Source: Azolla caroliniana
Taxonomy: Eukaryota > Plantae > Polypodiophyta
Length of the DNA stretch: 64,000 nucleotides
Assembly: GCA_043228905.1 (NCBI GenBank)
Contig: JBHGNT010000001.1
Span: 4,340,001-4,404,000, forward strand
Reading direction: 5' to 3'
Program-made: the position numbers and the translations under genes
Notes under the pieces: generated by a model
Database searches by the model: none
The model's input: the letters and a program-made list of their open reading frames with translations, nothing else
What the model was told of the DNA's origin: nothing
Shown here: positions 25,113 through 37,700 of the stretch, piece by piece
Layout: each line of letters begins with the position of its first letter
How positions within the stretch are numbered: the first letter of the stretch is position 1

Positions 25113-26300
25113 GTAGTTTACGTCGTCGATTTTTTATAAGTAGATATGCCATGCATATAGTTTACGTTAGTAACAAAAACATGTAAATGAGTAAATATTA
25201 TGTTCTTGTTATGAAAACAACTTTGAAAATCCTCTTGTTGTGACCAAGAATGTGAACCATGATGAAGAAATGGTGGCATCATGTCTATTGTGCGTGTGTG
25301 AAATTTGAATATATATATATATATAATTGCATACGTATTGTATATTCCATGATGACTGATGCGAACATTTGAATCTTTCTCCAATAGAGTGGGACACATA
25401 TGTATTTATAGTTCTTACTTGAAGTTAGGGAAGGACAAAGACTTGTGTGTGTGTATAATGTGTGTTATATCACGAGTTTGAAACAACTCGCCCACCACGA
25501 TTGAAACCTCAAAGCGGGATTGAAATTCGAGAATGCAAAAAAACGTTACAGCGATGGTGGCGAAAAAAAGGAGTGCATGCACACGAGACAATGGTGGAGA
25601 GGAGCGTGTAACGGATTGTAGTGAGAGGGAGGAGGTGTCACGTGGTGGGCGAAGCGATAATGGGAGTGTGGTGGGTTTGTGCAAATGGCAAATGACAATG
25701 ATGACAAGTGTGAAGAAGAAGAAGAAGAAGAAGAAGAATGGATCTTATCGATGAGTTTTTATGGTTGGGGGCGTGGGCTTGTTGGGTTGGGAAGGAAGGA
25801 ATGTTGGTTTGGAAAGGAAAGGATAAAGGGGATAGGCACTAACTAGCTAGCTAACTAACGAAGTAAGTAACTAACTAGCGAACAAATCAATCTAGAGAAA
25901 CGATAAATGAGAACAAAGGGGTCAGAAATGTAATATACTCTAACTTGAAGGGCAGGAAAACAAAACAGAAAACAACAGCAGCATGTGTGTGTAGAGGGGG
26001 GGGGGGGGGGGGGGGGGGGGTGACGACGACGTGTGGAGCAGCTGCAGAAGCTCCCATGAAATCATGCCAATCCAACCCCCCCCCCCTTTTTCTTTCCAAT
26101 GTCTAGTATATAAAGCGATCGATCGATCGTTCATACCCTCGCGAGTTCGAATCTTGAACGCCCCCCCTCCCCCCCTCCCCCAATCCATCCATCTCTCTCT
26201 GTCTCTGTGTCTGTCTCTCTGTGTGATCTCCAAATACAACGGAGAACAATCATCGCTCCTATTTTCGATTTCCACTGCATCACTACCAACCACTACTGCT

Positions 26301-27979
26301 ATGGACACCAACATTGCGCTCGGTATCTCATCCAACCAGTCCGATCCTTCTTCACTGATGAATGATACCCCTAGACTTCATCATCATTCCAGTGTTGCAG
26401 AAGGCTTCAATCCAGTACCCCCCCGCTCAGTATGTTACTTCAACTACCACTACAAACACTACCATTAACCTAACTAAATCTTCCTCTCTTTCTTCCTCCT
26501 TCCGATCAATATTGCTTGCTTTGCTTCCATTATTTGTACAGTTAGCATGTTTTGTTTGCCTGGAAATGGTTTCTTCATGAGTAACGATCGTTGCTTGGTT
26601 AAATTTAATTTGGACTTCTTTTTTGTGGACCTTAGGATGATGATGATGATGATGATGATCAAATAGACCCTTCGGATCTTGACACCAGATTCAGGATCCT
26701 TCGCCAGCTCTTGCCCCATGGCTCGCAGGTAATAATGTACATACATTCTATAGGTTAGCTTTATCTCTACACATTAAACATTATACGTTGTAGAAGATTA
26801 AATTAGGTTAGCCTTCTCTATGTGTATGTATGTATGTATGATGTGTTTATGTGTGCATATGTTTGTGGGTGTGTTTATGTACGCATGTGTGTCGTGTGGT
26901 GTGTTTATGCATACATGTGTGTATGTGGGCATGCATCGATTGCAGTTAAAGTGGGGGGCGACAAATCCCACCCCAATTGTTCAGGATTCATTCATGTTGC
27001 CTTGGGTGAACAATTTGTTTTGGAAAAATGGCTCCCTCTGTAAATAATGTGTGCTTGTCATACACTTTTTGTGGTTGGGTGCTCTCATTCATGAATCATG
27101 ACCATTATGAGTGTTTGAACAATGGCTCCCTCTATCATTATTCACTCCAATCCTAAAAATTTCAAACTCAATCATGCGTGAATTTCCATCCATGATGAAA
27201 CATGATCAGGGTGGAGAATCCATATAATTTGTTCATTTAATCATGCCAAGCACCAACATTTTAATTTTCTTTCTCTTAATATACATACTCTATATATGGG
27301 TATATATAATTAATTGGCCAATAGTCAACTCATAAAAGGTATACCGTATGCCTATGTATATCAATTGAAGCAAGCTAAACCCTCATTAACTACGTGGTCA
27401 TCCCAATTGAAACTTTGAACTTGTTCATTATATTATTCACTTTATTTTCAAAGTTTTGAATTATCACACCACCAAAACTCAATGGAACTATGTGAAAATT
27501 TGTGATGAAAACATTTCTCACACATTTCGAATTGTATGAGTGCATATGTAAAATGCATCTCTTAGCTATGTTGCGTTCGAAACCCAAACACAATGGCTTG
27601 AGTTTGCCATAAAATTTACAATTGATTGTTCTCTTATACTAACATGTTCTCATGTCTTGTGTCTAGTTACAAGACAAAGATGACCTCCTTAAATTGGCAC
27701 ATGACTATGTTCGAGAGCTTGAGAGAAAAATTCAGGTAACTTTGGAACTACTTGTGCCCATACTATTTCTATTAACTTTATTTTGAATTTCCTTTGCCCA
27801 CATGTAGTAGGGAAAAAGATAAGTATAGCATTTATATCAACCCTTATTCATTGTATAATTCACAGTCATTCAATTTCGAGGTCATGACGAACAACACATC
27901 AAAGCAAGAAAACCTAGGGGCCTTGCAAAGGAAAGGGTTGTGCATTGTTCAACTTTCAAAGCTAACAACAGCATTTTAG
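26301..27979 (+). CDS. Atypical HLH protein (bHLH subfamily X-like) lacking a basic region, 134 aa
   Basis: Four phase-0 exons: 26301-26429, 26636-26728, 27667-27735, 27866-27979. Reads DDDDDDDDQIDPSDLDTRFRILRQLLPHGSQ|LQDKDDLLKLAHDYVRELERKIQ|SFNF...LQRKGLCIVQLS, the last part resembling the LRSRGLCLVP.S C-terminal motif. TATA-like tatataaa at about 26107 and a CT-rich 5' UTR. Confidence 0.8.
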
Positions 27980-30900
27980 CACATCATTTGCAAAACAAAA
28001 GAAAGGACACTTATAGTGTAGCAATATAGTGCTTGGCATCATCCACATAGTTGTTATGAAAAGCAAGTTGTTCAATCACCTAACCATGTAGTGCAATGAA
28101 GCAAAAGCTCTTTGAGAAATATAATTTAACATCGCGTTCCATCCAACAACATGATAATGTACCTACCTTTCAAGTTGATAAATTGAATTTGTTAATGTTG
28201 GTTCCATTCCATTAAGATAAAATGTTTTGGTTTTAGGAATTAAGTTATATCTTTCATGAGAGAATGTTGTGGCAATCTACTAAGAAGTTTTATTATTACA
28301 TGCTCATTTTGATCAAATTTAATAGCATCCACATGCTTAACACAATGAGGTATGGGAATTAATCGAATGATTAAATACATCCTTGTTTCCCATTATGATC
28401 GATATTCACTATCAAGGGCTAACAGTAACTTCACTTTTGAAAAATTTGTGTTATAATCTCTTCGAAAATAAGCTTCATACATGGATGTATATGGTGGTTT
28501 TGTGGCGTATGTTAGGGTTTATGGTTGAATGAGGTTTATTGTGATGATACAATGACAGTATTCATGACATTTATGGCGACCTTTATTCAATGGATGTCCA
28601 TGTTGTGCAACAAAAGTCAAGTCCAACATCAATCATGTTTTTGCATGTTGTGTGAATTTCTATTCACCTTAATGCAACTTCATTAATGTATATGAAATGC
28701 TTGAGCATTATCATATATTGGGCAAAAAGAGTATACAAACCCAAGTTTACTCAAAGATTACACAACCCAATAAATTGATAACTTCAAAATTCAACAAGAC
28801 TTGAGCATTGTTATGGCTACTTGATACTTGAATTACTCATCTTTTCTTGGAAATAATGGGCTAACAATTATGTTATATTACGTGGGATATGATCAAACTT
28901 ACAAAAAATATAAAGATAGTCTTGAATGTGACCACATGAAACATTAAAATATCCGAAAACTTGACATTTTTGCGAGTTATAAATTCTCTGAAAGGATATC
29001 TATAAAAATAATATGTTATTGGGCAATGAAATGGTGTTGAGAGAGTTTTCAAAAAGCACATTCATTCTACAACAAAGACCAAGAAGTGCAAGACTAGGCA
29101 AAAAAGTTGTTGCTCGTTGAAAGCAACATTCGATTAATGTCTAATTCAGGTATGTTTAGTCTATGATCTATGGGCTTCATATTCGATAGAAGTATAAATT
29201 CATTCAAGATATTAAAATATAATCAAGTGCTTTGAAATATGATATTTTTCAAACATTTTTTAAGGAAAATGTACAACCCAAGAAAAATCTTACATGTGAT
29301 TTTCAAATGGAACAACACTAATTCTTAGCTTTGCTACAACATTCTTTATCTTGTGTTTCATATTCAAATCATTACCTCCGGTTTACCATGATAAATGCAT
29401 ATGAGTAGCTTAGAGCTATGAAAGTGGTCATGGACAATGAAAGGAATAACCTGTAAGTATTGAAAAATGTGGGTACACACCAAGTCCATGCCCTAAGTTT
29501 TCATTTCAACCAAAATCAAGCTACTTTACCTCCTTACATGTTGTGCAAAGGATAAATGAGAACGGAGGTAGATAGAGATAGAGATAGAGATAGAGTTTTT
29601 CAAATAGGACAAACTAGACTAAAGGTGAAACATTTTCATGTAGTCTATGTTGAGAGCACATTGTGACTATTAGAGACAAAGAAAATATGCATAGTCAATG
29701 ACTCTACTTGGCTTTGCCCCAACATGCAATCTAACATCAAAGAGAATGTGAAATAAGTCATATGAAAGTAATGGTGCGGACAATAGACAAAGGGACAAGC
29801 TGAAGCTTTTATTGGTGGAAGTGGTTTCTTTGTTTAGAGAAGAAGATGAACTTTTTGTTTGGAGAAGCGCGGCAGAAAAGTTGCATTTGTACATGAACCT
29901 ATTGAAACATCATAATGTAAGTATAATGCATTTGAGATTCCAAACCATATAGATCTTTTTTTCTTTTTTTCTTAACATGCTTCCCATGCAATCTTGGAAA
30001 TCAATGTGAGATGTTTTTCCTAACATACTCAACAACCCTTTCCATCTCATGAAATTGATGGGAAGTGATCCAATCATGAACATGGAATGTATGTCATTAA
30101 TAAATTAATGTAAACCCTCGTTAGGAAACACTTTTTGGATGTTATCAAGTGGTAATATGTTATATTGCCCATACTTCTATCCCATAGAGAAGCATTGTTG
30201 TCACCAAATTGTCAAATGAGTTAAATGTTGAGAACCGAACATTTGATTTCTCCTCCATTAGTATGTTTTCAAATGCAATATATTAATCCCTTTATCGCAT
30301 TTCCAAGTGGTGAGTACCTCCTAGTGTTGAGTAACATATTCATTCCATCTATAATTTGAGGGAAGCTCGAGCCCAAGATATTCAAAGCTTTTTATTGTTT
30401 CAAGTTGATCATGTTGTACACAATTCGTGATTTATCTTTATTTTGAGTCTTTACAAGCTTAACCTTCGTTTAGATCTATTGACACTCAACTTGCACTAAT
30501 AAGCTTTTGGGCATTCTATAAAAATTTAGCTAGAAACAACATATCATTTGCATATAATAAAAACATGATAATATCAATCCCAATGGTAATAACTTTGATG
30601 CCCTTTCTTGTTTTACAAATTTGTCAACCATTTGTTCTAACTTGTCTATATATAAACCAAAGAGTAGTGATAATTATCCTTGGTTAGCACCATTATGCCA
30701 ATGCACAATTTTTTGAGAATTTGCCTCCCATTTGCACATGACATATCATTGTTGAGCAAGAGAAGGAATGTTGGCATTAAAAGAGACAATGTGTTGACTC
30801 AAGGGAAGTACTATAATGCAACCTTATTTGTGTATCTGAGAGCTCTAGTCAAATCAACATGTATTTGGCCTACACATCACATCACTACCTCATCGAAACA

Positions 30901-31793
30901 AAAGTCCACTCACACACAAACGCTCCATTCATATAATGAGAATGGTTCATGTCTCATAGGCTAAATCCTAATTTGATGGCCTTGTGATTTGATTGACAAA
31001 AAATCTCTACCTAGGAAGAATGGGGGGGAAGGGATCTATTTCCGAGGATGACTCACATTTTGAGGTATGAAATTCTTCCTAGTTCATTCACAAAGTATTC
31101 CTTTTACTACTCACCACAATTTGGTGAATGAATTTATTCTACATTTTAGCATGAGATACATTATGTCAATGTGCTAACAAGGCTTTATATTTACAAATTT
31201 GGATCCTCATCAAGGAAAATAAAGCATATCAAGATGGAGTTGCACACACAATTTAGCAAATTTAGACTCAGCATCCAAGAAATTATTCCTCAAACTCCAA
31301 ATCAATCATATCTAACACTGAGTTTGAATCCAGATATTCTATTGTGTTAAGAGAGTATTGTATATAACGGGGTGTGAATAAATGCACAATTACAATGTCC
31401 CTAAAAGGGTATTCTGGAACTTTAGGCCAATATCTACAGATCTCAAGTAGGTATATACATACATTGATGTTGAGGATTTCTATGCCTTTAAATTGAAGAA
31501 ATATCAAAATAAAATATCCAATTCAGACTAATGGTGTGATGTGGCTATTGTTGAATTTACAAAATCAAGCATTTAGAGACAGACATTCCTTACATGTGCT
31601 TGGTTATTAACCATTAATCTCATCAACATATTTGATGATAGGGCGAGTACATGATTGGATGTGCAATCAAGACCTCAGATGTTCTTTCGAACCTTGATGA
31701 GGTGTATTAGATGCTGTAATCTGTTATAAAAGTTACAGCTACAGACTCTATAATAAAGATCTTATGTATACTCTTGGAGAACCTTAATGATGA

Positions 31794-34700
31794 TCATTTG
31801 GGTGCTTGGCTGGCTATGGACATTGACGAGATGTTGCTTTTATTAGGGAGGGGTAGTTTTTGTACCAATGGTAATAATACATCAACTCTTTGGACATCCC
31901 TATTAGCCTGCATTAAAATAGTGGAGCACAACGTGAGGAAACATGATCTAGTTTTTGCCATATTGTTTTCTTTACTAATTAGCCGAGTTCCAGCCTCATG
32001 CATATGAAATCAAAGGGCAAAATACCAAAAATTATAAAAAGTCAGGCGGAAATTGTACACATTTCTCTTGGATTTAGTTCTAGGAAAGCACAAAAAATGC
32101 AACAGGCTGTTTAAATCTTTTTTTCTGAGTATTGTATGTAGGTCTATATCCATACAAAAGAAACAATCTACAGAAACAAAAGCACTCGCCTCAACGAAAA
32201 ATTTCGCCCAAACTTTGTCCTCGTGAGATTCCATAATGCCTTTGAGAATTGTAAGTCCTAAGCTCCGAATGATTTCTGCAATTTCTAGAAAAAGACCTTT
32301 CTCTTCACATATCATCTGCTCCACCCACGTGAAATAAAGTCAGGATCTATCATCAATTATATATTATCAGGATAGTACCAATAATACCCTTCGTGTAAGG
32401 ACTAAAATATCAACACTACCCCTTGAGGTTCCAAAAATATTGGCATGACCCTCATTCAAAAAGCTATAAACACATATTTACATTATATAGAATTCATAGT
32501 AAGATATGATGGAATTCTATTAGCTTCACCTCTACAAGCATTTGTCGTGGTTGTTTAAGGTCTTTTACAAGTATGGGAATTCTAGTCTCCTGGTCTAGAA
32601 ACCAGGATGCACCACTTTCTATATACCCCTGTAAAAAGCAGCAGCTGATATGTCAACAAATATAGTTCTTTTGTTTCCTATGAGTGATACCTTTTCAGAT
32701 GTCTTAACAATTGCAAAGTTTTTAATCGGCATTGAGTATATTTGCAAACTTACAGCAAGTATCCAAACAATTAGAATTGTCATAATTCTTGCTAATTTAT
32801 ATAAATGCGTGATGTTCGTAACAATGAAGCTTAATGTGATAACACATAAAAATTATAGAATATTATAGGCTGAAGTACAGAATGTATATAGTTTAGAAAA
32901 ATGGACCAAAATAGGGAAAAGGATTAATCTTTATCTACATGTAGCAAAAAAAAACATTATCAAAGCTGACTTTATGGATAGAAAGTCCAAGAAAGGGACT
33001 CCAGGTGCGGGTTCACCATAAAGTGATATGAGGATGTGGATCAATCAAACCAAGGTAATAGGAAATAAAAGTCCATCGCATAAAACAACATTTGAAAAAA
33101 CTCCTATAAACCATGGACATGGAATCAGAGCAGAGCATTGTTGGTCTAGACTTGATCAAGGTTGAAATTGAGCATTTAGGATAAATGAGCACAGAGCCAT
33201 GTTCAATCACCTCTCTCAAACTCGACCTTAACTAGCTCTCAACAACGGATCCTTCTTAATAAGATGGTAGATACAATTATATGAGCAGATTCCCAACTAG
33301 TCACAATCAACCACTTCTGCTGAGAATCACATACTGACTAAAATGCTCAGATCATTAATCACTTCTGCAAACTGCAAAAGCAATACCTCCACATCTTTAC
33401 TCTATAATCTCTTACCAATCACTGCATTGTCTTTATCCATAGAGGGAAATCATATAATAGTGAGACTAGGAGGTTATGTGCTTGGTATGCAAGATGCTTA
33501 TTTTGAAATATGAACTTTAGTTTTTATTATTTTGTTAAATCTTGTTATGGGCTGGGTATGCAAGACGCTTATTTTGAAATATGAACTCATATATTTCATC
33601 ATTTTGTTAATCCTGTAATGCAAGCTGCTTATTTTGAACTACGAATTTATAGTTTTATCATTTTGTTGATTTTTGTATGGGCTGGTATGCAAGCTGCTTA
33701 TTTTGAAATATGAACTCGCAGTTTTTATCATTATCCCTCTCTATTGACAAACTTTTTGAATGTAATTTAAAGAAGCGAATCAGATACTAGCAGGTTGACC
33801 ATTTCAAATCATGCAAGTCAACCACATGAGCTTCCTTACTATATATAGTTTGCAGAGACAGATCTTTCACTACTTTGCTTTAAGAAATTATGGGATGGTC
33901 CAATTGAACAATCATCATATGCTCTATGTACTTTCAAAAAGCATACAGTCTATAAATTGATATAAAAAAATTCTTTACTGTACCTTCAGCTCCCCATTTT
34001 TCTTTAATTGCTCAGCATGCAGCGCGACACTCCGTAAGAAGAGCATATGCTTTATAGTTTTCTCCAGTAAGGCATCAATGCTACACTGCAAAAACACGCA
34101 TGCACTGATTCACAATATAAAAAATTTCACAATATCATATCCATATATTTTTCTTACAATCCAATCTACAGAAAGTGTTGATTACCTTCAATCCACTAGG
34201 TACAATATCCCTCAACTCTCGAACACGGTCTTGTATCTGCTGTCTATCTTTAGGCCTTGGTCTTGAACTGTCTCCAGACCTTGACCTCTTCTTACCTCCT
34301 CTGTCTTCAGACTTTCTTGAATGAGATTGTTGGGTATCATCTGACCTCAGACTCTGTTCCTCATCTGCCCAACCTCTAATGATACCTTTACCAGGAGAAA
34401 CATTGGACAAAGACAAGTTCTGATGCCAATGGGATAAAACTTCTGCATCGTTGTACAAAACATGTCCTTGAACAACGTCTTGTAACTTTGTAGTAGAGAC
34501 AGGAGATTCATGTAGTGCCACTTTTGTGTCTGTTTCCGTGACAGTGGTCAAGAAAGACGTACCATTAGGCACATTTGAGCACAAAGTCTTATCAGGAAAG
34601 CTTTCATCTGTTAATGATGAGGATGCTGATTGATAACTGTTGGGAGCATTCCCCACTACAGCATCTAGCAAAAGTTCTGATTTATTTTCTGGAAAATTAA

Positions 34701-37700
34701 TACTTATAATACTTGAGGGCAATTTCTTAGCCCTTTGCAGGTCCTCCATTTCCCCTTGCTTAAATGTCAAACCCAAAGCTTGAGAAAGCTCATCTCCAAT
34801 ACCCCAATTACAACTTTTTCCCGGGGCAAAAGAGGATAAAAAGGTTTCAAGTTCATGTGTACCATTATCAGTGTGGTTGCTAAAATTTGAAGTCTTAAGT
34901 TCTCCGTCATTGGCTGTGCTTTCAGACTTAACACGATTGTTGGTATTCTCATCGATTGTTGCAAATTCATCATTGACCCAAGTGGGATTGAATGATTCCT
35001 TCAAACCCAAGTTGCCTTGAAAAATGTTCGGCATACAATGCTTTTCAGCTGTAAAGAAATGGGTACTTGAAGATGTATCTAAAGGCTTACGTATTTCTAT
35101 TATTTTCTGCGCACATGTTCCAGAAGAAATGCCAATACATGAAAAATCTTCATCCTCTTTAGCACCAAATTTTGAGGCAACAATTCCATTGAATCCAGTT
35201 TGAACAGTAGCTGCCATGAATCCTGCACCTATTATCCTAGATGAATCAATACAGTGATCTTCTGCATTACTTGGAGTTAAACTTCTGTTATTGGTGGATG
35301 ATAGAGCAATATGTGTCAATGGTTTCCCCTGAACTCCTGAAAGCATGTCTGACCGAACGACTGATGGTGTAGCTTGTAGGTCAGTAAAAACTGATTTGAC
35401 ATAGTCAATCCATTCAGGATCCTCTTTTATCTGATATAAGTTCACAAAACCATTACGTTCTGCAACTGTTTCATAACATAATGATACTTACGAGTCATAA
35501 ATGAAGTACACAAGCTCAGAAAGGTGAATCTCTTTTATCTGATATAAGTTCACAAAACAATTATTTCCGCAACTGTTCAGAATATTATAACACTTACGAA
35601 TCATAAATAAAGTATACAAGCTCAGAAAGGTGAACCTTTTTTATCTGATATAAGTTCACAAAACCATTACTTTCTGCAACTGTTTAGAATATTATGACAC
35701 TTGCAAATCATAAATGAAGTACACAACCTCATAAAGGTGAAACTCTTTTATCGCATATAAGTTCACAAAACCATTACTTTTGGCAACTGTTTCATAATAC
35801 TATGACACTTACAAGTCATAAATGAAGTACACAAGCTCAGAAAGGTGAAACTATTTTATCTGATTTAAGTTTGTCACAAAACCATTACTCTCTGCAACTG
35901 TTTCATAACATTATGACACTTACGAGTTATAAATGAAATATGAATGAAGTACACAAGCTCTGAAAAGTGAACCATTAGTAATCCACAAACACAATATGTA
36001 CATGGCATGCACACAATATTTATTGATAAAGAAACCATGAACCATGTATGTTTAGCACATGATAAATTTTACTATTATCATCAAGAACGGAAAACAATAA
36101 AAAAGATATTTGGTACCAGTTTTGCTGAACCAAGCTGAACAACACCCTGAGTAACAGCAATGACAGCAATGGTCTGTGAGAGCAGAAACGTCCAACTGAT
36201 CATTACGATGATCCAAAAACTCTGAAATAACCCTAATTCACTCAATGCTCCTGACTTTTCATTAAATCTGCAAATGTCCTTGATCAACACCCAAAAGAGA
36301 GAAAAACAGAATGATAACCACATAATTGTTCTTCTGGGGGATCAGCATGGATATTTGGGGAAATAATGAAAACTCAAAAGGTATTCATGCAAATAAAGAA
36401 AAACCCTGGGATATTTTCAAAGTTTTTCCCTTTCCTTAACCACTTAGTACTAACTATTGTTCACCTTGATTCCTGCAGCAAATTGACCCTGCCATCCTTC
36501 AGGATACTATACAAGCACAAAAGACATTCTGTTAGCATTGTTACATCATAGCAAGTTCCTTGTTCATGTCAAAGACAGCATAGAATCATTTGCAAAATAT
36601 AATGCAAATAATATGCTCAAAATTCTACTTTCTACAAGAGATTTGAGAATAGGAAAGCAAATTTTCATACCATATTGAAAACAAAACTAAAGTTTATACC
36701 CCTACATCATTACTGTTGAGAATCAAGCTCAACCCCTTACATGCTTATGGAGAGAAGCACAATGTGGGAAAGTGTGTGAGCATACTTTATTGTAATCCAT
36801 GTGAACTATCTAATTATACAAAGACCAAGATTGTGATATCTAATTAGTTTTCGAGTGTAAATGTGGTCAAAGAATATTACATATTCTTATGACAGTATCG
36901 TACTAGAGTGGATGTCTATGACAAGAATCCATCAACCATATTTAATGTTGCAGTCCCTTGAGGATTTGTATATAGCGCCCACTTCGCCCATTGTGTTCCC
37001 TTGATGATTTTTACTCGATTAATATAGTTTTCTTTTCAGGGCATAAGTTGTCGTCCCTCCTCTTGTGTACTTTTTTTATTTCTAGTTGTTTTCTCTGATA
37101 CCATGAAAAGAATGCTAACTCTCATAGTCGGGGTGTGCAAAAGCGTAGTGCTTGTGTGAGAGGAGGTGGGTTGATGAACTTGTCATCGGTGTAGAAAGCC
37201 ACGTTGAGACACAGAAGATCAAAAAACTGCTTTCAGAAAAGTTCAAGATGAAGGATCTGAATGACATACATTATTTTCTCGGCATCGAGGTCATTCAAAC
37301 TCCAGACAGATTCCTACTCTTACAACAATACATGTTGAACCTGCTTACGAGTGCCAATCCATCTCGACACCCGTTGATTAAAATATGAAGCTAAATGACA
37401 TTTCAGCAAATTCTTAACCCGACGCAGTATCGGCAAATAATTGGGTGTCTTATCTACTTGACTATCACCCAACCAGACCTCAGCTACCCAATAGGACTCC
37501 TTAGCCACTTCATACAAATAACCGGCAACAATCACATGGATTATACTAAGCGAGTGTTATGATATGATGGTGGAACACTTGATAACAGTATCTTCTACAA
37601 GCACAGAGTACCGCTTCAACTCGAAGGGTTCAAAAATGCTGATTGGGCAGGCAACAATTCTGACAAGAGATCCACCTTGGGATTTATGTTTTTGTTTGGG

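Noticed and set aside
29030-29920. Possible further exons of the HLH gene
   Set aside because: They contain in-frame stops, and exon 27866-27979 already supplies a conserved C-terminal motif and stop.
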